In this document: piece after piece, positions 1 through 10,065 of the stretch | Layout of the letters: each line of letters opens with the position of its first letter | How positions within the stretch are numbered: the first letter of the stretch is position 1 | DNA from: Providencia alcalifaciens | Lineage (GTDB): Bacteria; Pseudomonadota; Gammaproteobacteria; Enterobacterales; Enterobacteriaceae | Direction of reading: 5' to 3' | Length of the DNA stretch: 24,000 bases | NCBI GenBank assembly: GCA_025961275.1 | Contig: JAOQNJ010000001.1 | Span: 59,353-83,352, forward strand | Position numbers and translations under genes: made by a program | The notes under the pieces: model-generated | What the model saw: the letters and a program-made list of their open reading frames with translations, nothing else | Told to the model about the DNA's origin: nothing | The model's database searches: none

Positions 1-289
1 TTTGTACGATGTTATATTAAACACTTACATAATGATTCAAATGGTTTATGGCGGCTTACCCCGAGCGTTTAAATTATCGATAATTTGAATTAGCCATCTA
101 CGGAGCTACCGTTGATTATGCATATAATCGAGTCCAGCTATTCAAGTCAGGCTGTTTATCAATGTTCCTCTAAATAGTTCAGCTTATTGGTCCTTATAAC
201 GTATATATTTTGTTGATTCATTAAACGTAAATTTAGATTGTTTTTTATACAAAACAATCAATCTAGCGCTACATCCATATCAGAGAAAG

Positions 290-335
290 TTATCCACAGA
301 TTGATGGGGGAATTACCCACAGAAAATGTGGATGG
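290..335. promoter_or_regulatory. Cluster of three DnaA-box-like 9-mers
   Basis: TTATCCACA at 290-298 is a perfect match to the DnaA box consensus. TTACCCACA at 313-321 matches 8/9 in the same orientation. TGTGGATGG at 327-335 matches 7/9 in the opposite orientation. No ORF is adjacent. Confidence 0.4.
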
Positions 336-1306
336 TGTGAGTATTAATATGATATGCGTCCTTCATTCATCAAGACATCTGTAATAGTACGTGCAAGTAA
401 AACCCGTTGTTCAAGTCATGATTACTTTTTGTTGGAGGAAGTTTTTCGTAGGTTGCACATTTTATTTCAAATTATTTTAGTTAAAGATAATAAACGTTCT
501 ATTTTTATGTAATAGATGTTTCTATCGGTTGCGTGAATAAAATAGGTGATGGCTAATTTGTTAAAATTACAACATAGAAGGATTATCACTCTAAGCTATT
601 AAATATATATAACTAATTATTGTAAATAAAAAAAGGAGATGTCATAAAAGCCAATATAAATATAATTTTTGCTATAAAATATAACTAGTTTGCATATAAT
701 AAAAAATAAATTCATAGCTTAAATTTAGCAATAAGTGTAAATAATTGTTTACGATTTTGGCTAAGTGGCGGTTTATCGCCTATTTTGAAAATTATTTACT
801 ATGTAACAAATAGTTAAATTTTGGTTATGTTAAGTGAGTTGCATCACATTTTTACTATTTTAACTCATATTAAGCTATGAGGCTGATTTTTAAATCAAAT
901 TTTTATTGAATGAAGTTATGTTTATCAGGTAAAGTCTGTGTCCTAGCGGTTGGTATAGTTGGTGTCACATTATATTTTACGCTGTTTTAAATCGAATAGA
1001 AGTCAATAAATGAATGGTTTATTAGGTTGACGCTAAATGAAATTAGTAACAAACTCTAGTCTTCGCAGAAATTCGCCAAAGAGTGATAGACGCGATAGAA
1101 TGCTGTCTACAGAGGGAAAGTAGTTCTTACAATGTATTATTAGTATTAACTAACCCCTTAAGCGAAAGCAAAAGCGCTTGATACAGATGTTCCTGTATCG
1201 TTATGCAACATAGCTACTAATAATAATGCTATGGGCAAACCCAGTATGTAACGTGACATGTTGCGTTATAATTTTAATTTTAGACTTACACACAGGGCTT
1301 ATCATC

Positions 1307-1819
1307 ATGTCTGCTTCTATTGTTAAGAAACGGCCGTTGAGTCGTTATATTAAAGATTTTAAACACAGCCAAACGCATTGCGCGCATTGCCATAAAACAC
1401 TGGATCGCATATCGCTTGTCTTTAACGATGCTATCTTAAATAAAGAAGCCATTGCTGAGATGACTCAACTTGTTGATGAAAGTGAATGGCTAGAGTTACA
1501 AGATAAATTTACTGCACTTTGTCGTTTTTGTAGCGAAATTTACTGCAATAGTAATACTGACTATTTTGACATCATGTCATTCAAACAGTACCTATTTTTA
1601 CAGACTGAAATGAGCCATAGCACAGTTCGTGAATATGTTGTCCGCTTGCGTCGCCTTGATGAGCTTTTATCTTCATCTAATTTCTCAATGAAAGAGTTTA
1701 CGCCAGCTAAAATTCAAGAACAGTTAAGTGACAAAATGACTGAATCTGCATTCAGTAATTATAATATTGCCCTGCGTAAATATGAGCAATATTTGTCTTG
1801 GGAATTAGAACAAAATTAA
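1307..1819 (+). CDS. fliZ: FliZ-family regulator (flagellar/RpoS-antagonist type, integrase core-binding-like DNA-binding protein), 170 aa
   Basis: The protein is colinear with E. coli FliZ as I recall it. Matching stretches are KKRPLSRYIKDFKHSQTHCAHC, ALCRFC, FKQYLFLQTEMSHSTVREYVVRLRRL and NYNIALRKYEQY. The start is moved from the track ORF start (1226) to the ATG at 1307, which corresponds to the FliZ N-terminus. The SD there is weak (CAGGG). Confidence 0.85.
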   Translation: MSASIVKKRPLSRYIKDFKHSQTHCAHCHKTLDRISLVFNDAILNKEAIAEMTQLVDESEWLELQDKFTALCRFCSEIYCNSNTDYFDIMSFKQYLFLQTEMSHSTVREYVVRLRRLDELLSSSNFSMKEFTPAKIQEQLSDKMTESAFSNYNIALRKYEQYLSWELEQN

Positions 1820-1879
1820 TCATCGTTAGCTTCGAATACAAACGTGACTTATTCAAAGTAGAACGATTGAACTTATATC

Positions 1880-1910
1880 AGGTGTCCTTTTGGGGCACCT
1901 ATTTGTTTTT
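1880..1910 (+). terminator. Rho-independent terminator of fliZ
   Basis: AGGTGTCC / GGGGCACCT form an 8-bp stem (one G-U pair) with loop TTTTG. The stem is followed by ATTTGTTTTT. Confidence 0.7.
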
Positions 1911-2103
1911 ATATCCTGCCATATTTTAAATTACTGTTCACAGTAAAGCCTACCACCTGTTCTATACAATTATCTATATTGCTCAGCTAGTTTTGCAGCT
2001 TGTCTCTATACAATTCAAATTATTTTGGGAATAGCTTTGCTTGCAGCTTGCATTGTTCTTAGATCATAACGGTTATTTTTATAAGGAAGGATATAAATTA
2101 CCT

Positions 2104-2126
2104 GAGCCCAAGATAGGATTGGGCCC
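2104..2126 (-). terminator. Possible putA terminator hairpin
   Basis: GCCCAA (2106-2111) pairs with TTGGGC (2119-2124), 13 nt beyond the putA stop. On the minus strand the tail is only moderately T-rich. Confidence 0.4.
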
Positions 2127-2138
2127 AGATATGTTTAA

Positions 2139-5100
2139 TTAACCAATCGTCATAAGACTAGCATTTCCACCTGCAGCAGCAGTGTTAATACTTAATGATC
2201 TTTCATGTACTAATCTTTCTAGTAGTAAGTTAGTTTCACTACGCTCGAACCCTTGAACCGAAATAATAGGGCCCTTGCGGTTAGCCACTATTTCACAAAC
2301 CGATTTTAATTGGTCACTGTCTCCATGATGGATCACCGCTTCAATATGTCCAGTATGTTCTTGCCAATTTTTTGTCACGGAGATTACATTACGTACTTTC
2401 TCCGGTAATGCTTTGTATAGTCTTTGATGCATGTCACTTTCAGGCCACAATGCATGGCATCCACTTGAAAGAACACCAGCGAGTTGTACTAAACAATCTT
2501 TTTCATTGTCACTAATACATAAAATAGTGCCACGAGGATAGAGTGTATAAGTATTTTTCTCACCCGTAGGTCCCGGTAATAAGCGAGAAGTCCCTGCCTG
2601 AGCATGGTGAGCAAATTTTTCTAGTATCATCGGTTCCACTTGTTCATTTTGCTTTTCCAACCATGAAGTAAAGGCATCAAAAGGTTCAAGTAAGGCTGGG
2701 CGAGCGCTAGCATCCATTGGCAATTCATTGTCTTGTCTTTCAAGAGTGCGGCATACTGCATTATCAGGACGTTCACTCAGCAGTCGGTATAAATAAAGTG
2801 GCCCACCCGCTTTAGGACCAGTACCAGAAAGGCCTTCTCCACCAAATGGTTGAACACCCACAACAGCACCAACCATATTCCGATTCACATACAAGTTACC
2901 CACTTTTGCTTTAGCAATAACTTGATTAATGGTTTCATCAATGCGGGTATGAACACCAAGAGTAAGCCCATATCCTGCTGCGTTAATTTGATCGACAAGT
3001 CCAGCCAACTCCTCGCGTTTATAACGTACAACGTGCAGTACAGGCCCAAAGATTTCTTTTTTTAGTTCATTAATATTGCTCAATTCTATCAGTGTTGGTT
3101 TAACGTATGTGCCTTCGGATTGTTCACTTAGGTCTTCAATATTATTGAAGACCGCTTGAAACACGTCTTTACCCTTGCTGCGCATTTGCTGAATATGCTG
3201 TTCAATATTCTCTTTAGCTTCGTTATCGATAACAGGACCAATATCAGTTGATAGGTGTTCTGGATTCGCCATTCGACATTCTTCCATTGCACCTTTTAAC
3301 ATGCGAATAGTTCGATCAGCAACATCATCCTGAATACAAAGAATACGTAAAGCAGAGCAACGTTGACCCGCGCTATCGAATGCGGAGGCGACGACATCAG
3401 TTACAACTTGTTCTGTCAACGCGGAGGAATCCACTATCATGGCATTCAATCCACCTGTTTCAGCGATTAATGGTGTCGGCCGACCCTGAGCATCTAATCT
3501 TCCTGCGATATTACGCTGCAGTAATCCCGCAACTTCAGTAGAGCCCGTGAACATCACACCACGAACTATTGGATCTCCGACTAACTTCGCGCCAATAGTT
3601 TCACCTTTACCCGGAAGTAGCTGTAAAGCTTCACGAGGAATACCGGCCTGATGTAGCATTGATACTGCAACCGCCGCTATTAATGGGGTTTGCTCCGCAG
3701 GTTTAGCAAGAACTGTGTTACCTGCTGCAAGTGCAGCGGCAATTTGCCCAGTAAAAATTGCTAGTGGGAAGTTCCATGGACTAATACAAACCACGGGACC
3801 TAATGGGCGATGAGTATTGTTATCAAAATCATCACGAACTTGGGTCGCATAGTAATTAAGGAAATCCACTGCCTCACGAACTTCTGCAATCGCATTTGCA
3901 TATGTTTTTCCAGCTTCGCGTACCAATACATCAAGCAAAGGTTGTAATTGTTGTTCCATAATATCGGCTGCGCGTAATAATATAGAGGCACGTTCTGATG
4001 GCGGGGTAGCAAACCAAATAGCACCTGCGTCATTAGCGACATTTAATGCGTGGTCAGCTTCATCTAATGTAGCTTCACGAAGATGTCCGACAATATCTTT
4101 ATGACAAGCTGGATTGAAAACAGGTGTTATGGTATTGGGGGCAACCTCTGTTGCTTGGTAATGGCCACCGAGTAGTGGCTGAGCTAATTTTTCTTGCATA
4201 GACGCAGTCAGAAGAGCACTAGAAAGTGAAGCTAAACGATGCTCGTTTGACATATCAAGTCCTATTGAATTCACTCGACGCTTCCCGTAAAGGTCGCGAG
4301 GTAATCCAATTTTAGGATGAGGTAATCCGATTTGACCTTCAGTTTTAGATAGCTCTAGTACATCTTTAACGGGATCAGCAACAAGTTCATCGAGTGGAAT
4401 AGTCGCATCGCCAATTCGGTTAACAAATGAAGTATTCGCACCATTCTCTAATAAACGTCGAACTAAGTATGCGAGTAACGTTTCATGAGTACCAACAGGT
4501 GCATAGATACGACAAGGACGGTTGAGTTTGCCATCAGCCACTTTTCCAACAACCTGTTCATACAGAGGTTCACCCATACCATGTAAACATTGGAACTCAT
4601 ATTGACCAGGGTAGTAATTTTTACCTGCAATTTGGTAAATAGCAGCTAATGTATGTGCATTATGAGTCGCAAATTGAGGGTAAATAAGATTTGGTACTGA
4701 CAATAATTTGCGAGCACAGGCGATGTATGAAACGTCGGTATATACCTTACGAGTATAGACCGGGTAACCTTCGAGTCCGTCCATTTGCGCACGTTTTATC
4801 TCACTATCCCAATAAGCACCTTTTACTAGGCGGATCATCAGTCGACGCTTGCTGCGTTCGGCAAGTTCAATAATAGAATCGATCACAAACGGGCAGCGTT
4901 TTTGATAGGCTTGGATAACAAAGCCAATACCATTCCAGCCTGCAAGTTTTGGTTCAAAGCAAAGTCTTTCGAGCAAGTCGAGTGAAATTTCTAAACGATC
5001 AGCTTCTTCAGCATCAATATTTATACCCACATCATACTGGTGAGCTTGTAAAACTAACGATAATAGACGTGGATACAGCTCATCCATTACTCGGGAATAT

Positions 5101-6125
5101 TGTGCTCGACTATAACGTGGATGCAAAGCAGATAGCTTGATAGAAATACCCGGACCTTCATAGATACCTCTACCATTGGATGCTTTACCAATAGCATGAA
5201 TAGCCTGTTGATAAGAGATCATATAATCTTGAGCATCTTTTTCAGTTAGTGCTGCTTCACCCAGCATATCGTAAGAGTAACGGAAGCCTTTTTCTTCGAG
5301 TTTACGTGCGTTGGCTAACGCTTGTGCGATAGTTTCACCGGTGACGAACTGCTCACCCATCAAGCGCATTGCCATATCGACGCCTTTACGAACCAAAGGC
5401 TCCCCACTTTTACTTAAAATGCGGTTTAATGAGCTGGATAGCTTCGCTTCGTTATGAGTAGAAACCAGTTTTCCGGTGAAAAGTAATCCCCATGTTGCTG
5501 CATTGACAAACATTGAGCTACTTTGACCCAAATGAGATTGCCAGTTACCACTGCTGATTTTGTCACGAATAAGGGCATCTCGGGTCGCTTTGTCAGGAAT
5601 ACGTAATAGCGCTTCGGCAAGGCACATTAGCGCGACGCCCTCTTGAGAAGAAAGGGAGAACTCTTGTAGTAAACCTTGAACTAGACCTGCACGGCCAATT
5701 CCATTTTTTTGATTGCGTAATTTTTCAGCAATTGAATAGGCTAACTTGTGCGCAGCATCCGCTTGCTCGGTAGGAAGTAGAGCTTGCTGTAATAGCATTG
5801 GTAGTGCTTGTGTTTCAGGGATACGGTAAGCAGAAGTAATCGCGGAACGTTTAACTGATTGAGGTAAAATATGCTCTGCGAAATCCAAGAATGGTTGATA
5901 ATTCGATTCAGTTAATGATTCTTCTTCTGATATTTGGCCATCTTTGCTATCTTGTCCTGCGGAAAATTCAGGGATGAACTGCTCATTATCAAGCTGCTCA
6001 AGATAATTAAATATGGCTTGCTTAATTAACCAATGCGACGTGCGGTCGAGACGTTGAGCAGCAGCTTTAATGCGTTCACGAGTCGCTTCATCAAGTCTCA
6101 CACCCATAGTTGTAGTACTACTCAT
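2139..6125 (-). CDS. putA: Trifunctional PutA: ribbon-helix-helix repressor, proline dehydrogenase and 1-pyrroline-5-carboxylate dehydrogenase
   Basis: The 1328-aa ORF is colinear with E. coli PutA. The N-terminal RHH is [39 protein letters not shown]. It also has the [23 protein letters not shown] and aldehyde dehydrogenase FTGSTEVA motifs and the C-terminus [15 protein letters not shown]. Confidence 0.97.
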   Translation of the reverse strand: MSSTTTMGVRLDEATRERIKAAAQRLDRTSHWLIKQAIFNYLEQLDNEQFIPEFSAGQDSKDGQISEEESLTESNYQPFLDFAEHILPQSVKRSAITSAYRIPETQALPMLLQQALLPTEQADAAHKLAYSIAEKLRNQKNGIGRAGLVQGLLQEFSLSSQEGVALMCLAEALLRIPDKATRDALIRDKISSGNWQSHLGQSSSMFVNAATWGLLFTGKLVSTHNEAKLSSSLNRILSKSGEPLVRKGVDMAMRLMGEQFVTGETIAQALANARKLEEKGFRYSYDMLGEAALTEKDAQDYMISYQQAIHAIGKASNGRGIYEGPGISIKLSALHPRYSRAQYSRVMDELYPRLLSLVLQAHQYDVGINIDAEEADRLEISLDLLERLCFEPKLAGWNGIGFVIQAYQKRCPFVIDSIIELAERSKRRLMIRLVKGAYWDSEIKRAQMDGLEGYPVYTRKVYTDVSYIACARKLLSVPNLIYPQFATHNAHTLAAIYQIAGKNYYPGQYEFQCLHGMGEPLYEQVVGKVADGKLNRPCRIYAPVGTHETLLAYLVRRLLENGANTSFVNRIGDATIPLDELVADPVKDVLELSKTEGQIGLPHPKIGLPRDLYGKRRVNSIGLDMSNEHRLASLSSALLTASMQEKLAQPLLGGHYQATEVAPNTITPVFNPACHKDIVGHLREATLDEADHALNVANDAGAIWFATPPSERASILLRAADIMEQQLQPLLDVLVREAGKTYANAIAEVREAVDFLNYYATQVRDDFDNNTHRPLGPVVCISPWNFPLAIFTGQIAAALAAGNTVLAKPAEQTPLIAAVAVSMLHQAGIPREALQLLPGKGETIGAKLVGDPIVRGVMFTGSTEVAGLLQRNIAGRLDAQGRPTPLIAETGGLNAMIVDSSALTEQVVTDVVASAFDSAGQRCSALRILCIQDDVADRTIRMLKGAMEECRMANPEHLSTDIGPVIDNEAKENIEQHIQQMRSKGKDVFQAVFNNIEDLSEQSEGTYVKPTLIELSNINELKKEIFGPVLHVVRYKREELAGLVDQINAAGYGLTLGVHTRIDETINQVIAKAKVGNLYVNRNMVGAVVGVQPFGGEGLSGTGPKAGGPLYLYRLLSERPDNAVCRTLERQDNELPMDASARPALLEPFDAFTSWLEKQNEQVEPMILEKFAHHAQAGTSRLLPGPTGEKNTYTLYPRGTILCISDNEKDCLVQLAGVLSSGCHALWPESDMHQRLYKALPEKVRNVISVTKNWQEHTGHIEAVIHHGDSDQLKSVCEIVANRKGPIISVQGFERSETNLLLERLVHERSLSINTAAAGGNASLMTIG

Positions 6126-6618
6126 CCCATTTCCTCTAAATAATTAGGACCAAAAACAAAAAAGTGACACATCAATAGCATGATGTTGCAACTTTGTGCA
6201 ACATAGTTAAGACAATTCTATATGAATTGTGAATGATATCTTACTTTTATTTGTTAATTAGTATAATTAGAAAGGAAATTGATTTTTTATCTTTATTATT
6301 CAATTTCTTAACTGGTTTTTTTTGCGTATTAGTAACTTAATCAAATTATTGAATCTATATATCAATAGTTCAATATTTGTGATAGGGGTATCGTTTATGA
6401 AATTAAATAGAGTTAATTTCTTGTTAAATTCAAATAGGGTTAGCTAGCATACAAACCGCTATCTTTAAATAAGTGCAACACAACATAATTAAAATACACA
6501 AAGTATTTATTATTTAATTTGCGAGTGTGCAATTAATTGCAACAAATCTGAGTGTGCAAATTTTTAATGAATTAAAAATAACTATTCAATAAATATAACT
6601 ATTTTATGGAGAAGGTGT
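6126..6618. promoter_or_regulatory. Divergent putA-putP control region with PutA operator motifs (GTTGCA)
   Basis: GTTGCA at 6185-6190 and its complement TGCAAC at 6197-6202 form GTTGCAACTTTGTGCAAC. Further TGCAAC motifs lie at 6474-6479 and 6538-6543. GAGTGTGCAA is repeated directly at 6523-6532 and 6550-6559. GTTGCA is the established PutA operator core in E. coli. Confidence 0.7.
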
Positions 6619-8103
6619 ATGACTGCAAGCACACCAATGATCATTACGTTCGTCATTTATATTACGGGTATGTTACTTATTGGCTATTTAGCATATCGCT
6701 CAACAAAAAACTTTGATGACTACATTCTTGGAGGACGAAGTTTAGGTAGTGTCGTGACTGCATTATCTGCAGGAGCTTCCGATATGAGTGGTTGGTTATT
6801 AATGGGACTACCGGGGGCGATTTTTATCGCGGGAATTTCAGAGAGCTGGATCGCGATAGGATTAACGTTAGGAGCCTACCTGAATTGGCTCTTCGTCGCA
6901 GGACGTCTACGAGTACAGACAGAAAAAAATAATAATGCGTTAACATTGCCTGATTATTTTACTAGTCGCTTTGAAGATAATAGTAAAATATTACGCATTA
7001 TCTCTGCTGTTGTTATTCTTGTGTTCTTTACTATTTATTGTGCTTCAGGGGTTGTTGCTGGAGGCTTACTATTTGAAAGCACCTTTAATATCAGCTATGA
7101 AAAAGCAATGTGGTTAGGTGCCCTTGCAACGATTGCATATACTTTCCTTGGGGGCTTTCTTGCAGTCAGCTGGACGGATACTGTGCAAGCATCATTGATG
7201 ATATTTGCACTGATATTAACACCTGTTGTGATTATTCTTTCACTCGGTGGTTTTGACACTGCAGTTGATGTGATCAAGGCCAAAAATCCTGAATATCTCG
7301 ACATGTTTAAGGGATTGAATTTTGTAGCAATTATTTCATTGCTCGGCTGGGGACTTGGATATTTTGGCCAACCGCATATCTTAGCGCGTTTTATGGCTGC
7401 TGATTCACATCATACTATTCGTTCAGCTCGACGCATTAGTATGACATGGATGATCCTTTGCCTTGGCGGAACCACCGCAGTTGGTTTCTTCGGTATCGCT
7501 TACTTTGAATTAAATCCTGCATTATCGGCTTCAGTCATGGCGAATAACGAGCGTATTTTTATGGAATTGGCGGGAATACTGTTTAATCCATGGATCGCAG
7601 GTATTCTTCTGTCAGCCATTTTAGCTGCGGTGATGAGTACACTGAGTTGCCAATTATTAGTGTGTGCAAGTGCCTTAACTGAAGACTTATATAAACCTTT
7701 TATTCGTAAAACTGCTAGCCAAAAAGAGTTAGTTTGGGTTGGTCGTTTCATGGTTCTATTAGTTGCGGCAATCGCTATCTATATTGCACGCGACCCGAAT
7801 AGCAAAGTTTTGGCTTTGGTCAGTAATGCTTGGGCTGGTTTTGGTGCCGCATTCGGTCCTGTTGTCTTGATGTCAGTCATGTGGAAGCGAATGACAAGAA
7901 CTGGGGCGCTCGCCGGCATGCTGGTTGGTGCGGTGACTGTACTTATTTGGATGAAATTCAAGTGGTTTGGTCTGTATGAAATCATCCCAGGCTTTATTTT
8001 GGCTGCTTTGGCTATCTTCATCGTGAGCTTAATAACCAAAGCACCAAGTGTGGCGGCACAGACTCGTTTTGAAGAAGCAGAAGCTGAATATAAAACGAAA
8101 TAA
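6619..8103 (+). CDS. putP: Sodium/proline symporter (SSS family)
   Basis: The 494-aa ORF is colinear with E. coli PutP. Matching stretches are RSTKNFDDYILGGRSLG, ALSAGASDMSGWLLMGLPGA, GYFGQPHILARFMAADSHH and AAVMSTLSCQLLVC. SD GGAG lies about 7 nt upstream of the ATG. Confidence 0.97.
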   Translation: MTASTPMIITFVIYITGMLLIGYLAYRSTKNFDDYILGGRSLGSVVTALSAGASDMSGWLLMGLPGAIFIAGISESWIAIGLTLGAYLNWLFVAGRLRVQTEKNNNALTLPDYFTSRFEDNSKILRIISAVVILVFFTIYCASGVVAGGLLFESTFNISYEKAMWLGALATIAYTFLGGFLAVSWTDTVQASLMIFALILTPVVIILSLGGFDTAVDVIKAKNPEYLDMFKGLNFVAIISLLGWGLGYFGQPHILARFMAADSHHTIRSARRISMTWMILCLGGTTAVGFFGIAYFELNPALSASVMANNERIFMELAGILFNPWIAGILLSAILAAVMSTLSCQLLVCASALTEDLYKPFIRKTASQKELVWVGRFMVLLVAAIAIYIARDPNSKVLALVSNAWAGFGAAFGPVVLMSVMWKRMTRTGALAGMLVGAVTVLIWMKFKWFGLYEIIPGFILAALAIFIVSLITKAPSVAAQTRFEEAEAEYKTK

Positions 8104-8121
8104 TGACTCGCAGTAAAAATG

Positions 8122-8157
8122 ATAAAGGCCGAATAGTGATACGTATTCGGCCTTTAT
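8122..8157. terminator. Bidirectional terminator between convergent putP and cycA
   Basis: ATAAAGGCCGAATA (8122-8135) and TATTCGGCCTTTAT (8144-8157) form a perfect 14-bp stem with an 8-nt loop. A/T runs flank it on both sides. Confidence 0.8.
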
Positions 8158-8177
8158 TATATGTAAAATTTATACGT

Positions 8178-9596
8178 TTATTGCTGTTGTTTACGACGTT
8201 TCACGACGTTATATCCAATTAATAAGATAATAAACCAGATAGGTGTGGCGATCAGTGCTTGCCTAGTGTCATGTTGGAATGCCAATATAACAATCATAAA
8301 GGCAAAGAATGCGAGGCAAATCCATGACATCACAATACCTGCTGGCATTTTATAGTGAGATGCCTTATGCAGTTGGGGTCGATTTTTCCTGAATTTCAGA
8401 TAACTACATAAGATCATGCTCCAGATGAACATGAACAGGATTGCCGATACTGTAGTGACAAGCGTAAATGCATGCATGATATCTGGGATAAAGTAGATAA
8501 GAACGATACCAAAACTGAGACAGATACAGGTAAATATCAACCCAGTCGCAGGTACAGCTTTCTTTGATAAACGACTAAACTGTTTTGGTGCATCGCCTTC
8601 TTTTGATAAACCGAACAACATACGGCTTGTTGAAAATACGCCACTATTAGCAGAAGAGGCAGCGGACGTTAACACCACGAAGTTAACAATACTGGCTGCT
8701 GCAGGAAGGCTGATTAAGACAAACATCTCTACGAATGGGCTTTTATCTGCCAAAATAGTTCGCCATGGTGTGACCGCCATAATCACGATCAATGACAATA
8801 CATAAAAGGTGATGATCCGAAAAGGAATGGCATTAATCGCTTTCGGGAGTGATTTCTCTGGATCACGTGTTTCAGCCGCAGCTGTTCCCACAAGTTCAAT
8901 ACCGACAAAAGCAAAGATAGCGATTTGAAAGCCAGCAAAGAAACCACTAATTCCCATCGGGAACATACCGCCATCATTCCAAATATTGCTCAAAGATGCA
9001 GTATGGCCTGCTGGTGATTGGAAATTCATCGCGATGAGTGTGCCACCGACTGCAATTAATGCAATAATGGCAACAATTTTTATCATGGCAAACCAAAATT
9101 CCATTTCACCAAAAAGTTTCACCGAGACTAAGTTTAGTGCTAATAGAGTCACAACACAGATGAATGAGGTTATCCATTCAGGGTAACCTGGCGCCCAAAA
9201 ACTAACATAGGAAGTGATCGCGACTATATCGGCAATCCCTGTAATAACCCAACAAAACCAATAAGTCCAGCCGACAAAAAAACCTGCCCATGGACCAATA
9301 AGGTCAGCAGAAAAATCACTGAACGATTTATAATTAAGGTTAGAAAGTAGCAGTTCTCCCATTGCGCGCATGACAAAGAACAGCATGAACCCAATGATCA
9401 TATAAACAAAGATGATAGAGGGACCCGCAAGGGAGATAGTTTTACCTGAGCCCATAAATAGGCCTGTACCGATAGCACCACCAATAGCAATAAGTTGAAT
9501 ATGGCGGTTGCTAAGGCTACGTTTTAGCTGATTTTTGTCAGCAGAAGAATTAATCTGCGCTGAGGGTTGGTTTTCTTCCATATCATATCTATCCAA
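8178..9596 (-). CDS. cycA: D-serine/D-alanine/glycine (APC family) transporter
   Basis: The 472-aa ORF has long identical runs to E. coli CycA. Examples are NRHIQLIAIGGAIGTGLFMGSGKTISLAGPSIIFVYMIIGFMLFFVMRAMGELLLSNL, FGEMEFWFAMIKIVAI and VLTSAASSANSGVFSTSRMLFGL. The track start at 9596 is a TTG. The ATG at 9581 (Met6) is an alternative, and neither has a strong SD. Confidence 0.9.
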   Translation of the reverse strand: MDRYDMEENQPSAQINSSADKNQLKRSLSNRHIQLIAIGGAIGTGLFMGSGKTISLAGPSIIFVYMIIGFMLFFVMRAMGELLLSNLNYKSFSDFSADLIGPWAGFFVGWTYWFCWVITGIADIVAITSYVSFWAPGYPEWITSFICVVTLLALNLVSVKLFGEMEFWFAMIKIVAIIALIAVGGTLIAMNFQSPAGHTASLSNIWNDGGMFPMGISGFFAGFQIAIFAFVGIELVGTAAAETRDPEKSLPKAINAIPFRIITFYVLSLIVIMAVTPWRTILADKSPFVEMFVLISLPAAASIVNFVVLTSAASSANSGVFSTSRMLFGLSKEGDAPKQFSRLSKKAVPATGLIFTCICLSFGIVLIYFIPDIMHAFTLVTTVSAILFMFIWSMILCSYLKFRKNRPQLHKASHYKMPAGIVMSWICLAFFAFMIVILAFQHDTRQALIATPIWFIILLIGYNVVKRRKQQQ

Positions 9597-10042
9597 GGAG
9601 GTTGGTAATGTGCAGTCACAGTGTATTTTTAATTGTGTGACAGTGTTTGCGTGAAATATTGTGACATAAATATCAATCAGAGTAAGTAAAACTTAACTTA
9701 CTATCATCGAAGTGGCGATTACTTAATCTATTAGTGACATTCCGTTAACATTGGTAACTAAATTTTAATTATCTTAGTAAAAATAGCAGAATAATATTGA
9801 TTGCGCTAAATCTTAGGCGTTAAATAAATTCATTAGGTTATTAACCTAATTGATAGAGGCGATGACTTAAAAATCTAATTAACATAGCGTAACTATGGCT
9901 TATATTAAATAATTTTAGTCACTTAGAAATAATCCAAGTACCTTAGGTAAGTAGCGAATTCAATCATGCTGATTTTTTCAAAATGGCTTTCCGCCATTTG
10001 GTACTCCAAGTCTACAACAGGTATTTTTAATCGATTTTGAGT

Positions 10043-10065
10043 AAAAAAACATCGGCAATCGATGT
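10043..10065 (-). terminator. Orphan intrinsic-terminator-like hairpin on the minus strand
   Basis: Read on the minus strand the sequence is ACATCG-ATTGC-CGATGT followed by TTTTTT. That is a 6-bp stem, a 5-nt loop and a T6 run. It sits about 450 nt upstream of cycA, with no annotated gene ending here. Confidence 0.4.

Noticed and set aside
71-86. A perfect 16-bp palindrome, AAATTATCGATAATTT, whose 12-mer AATTATCGATAA recurs at 10599-10610. It looks Fur-box-like because of the ATTATC/GATAAT hexamers.
   Set aside because: About one 8-bp-arm palindrome and many shared 12-mers are expected by chance in 24 kb of AT-rich DNA. The hexamer arrangement does not match the Fur 19-mer.
773-810. A sigma-28-like promoter on the minus strand (TAAATAAT-N10-GGCGATAA), noticed because a flagellar regulator gene is nearby.
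   Set aside because: The spacer is one bp short of the TAAA-N15-GCCGATAA consensus and the -35 matches only 5/8. No plausible gene or ORF lies downstream on that strand within the window.
241-900. The possibility that the DnaA-box cluster plus the adjacent AT-rich DNA is a replication origin (chromosomal oriC or an integrated plasmid ori).
   Set aside because: I found no cluster of GATC sites, no AT-rich 13-mer repeats, no iterons and no rep, gidA or mioC-type neighbours. It is retained only as a DnaA-binding cluster of unknown role.
877-990. Back-to-back mini-ORFs. One is 10 aa (877-909, MRLIFKSNFY). The other is a 26-aa hydrophobic peptide (910-990, MKLCLSGKVCVLAVGIVGVTLYFTLF) that superficially resembles a type I toxin or small membrane protein.
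   Set aside because: Neither start has an SD, and I could not identify an antisense RNA signature or a terminator. Such short hydrophobic ORFs arise easily in AT-rich DNA. They are worth a glance in ribosome-profiling data but are not supportable from sequence.
1226-1306. Upstream extensions of track ORFs. These are fliZ from 1226, sgcX from the GTG at 10776, sgcQ from 13542 and sgcE from 14958.
   Set aside because: Homology to the E. coli proteins begins at the internal ATGs (1307, 10860, 13602, 14991), which also have better SD spacing. The extensions overlap upstream genes or regulatory sites and encode implausible peptides.
2850-5620. Track ORFs of 60-80 aa inside putA on either strand (2850-3065, 3800-4042, 4691-4873, 4949-5140, 5426-5620).
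   Set aside because: All are fully nested in, or antisense to, the 1328-aa putA frame, whose homology is unambiguous. They have no SD and no recognisable motifs, and are typical shadow ORFs.
7095-9186. Antisense or alternative-frame ORFs inside putP and cycA (7095-7304, 7500-7751, 7779-8039, 8789-8977, 8986-9186).
   Set aside because: These are shadow ORFs of membrane-protein genes. Their low-complexity sequences have no start signals.
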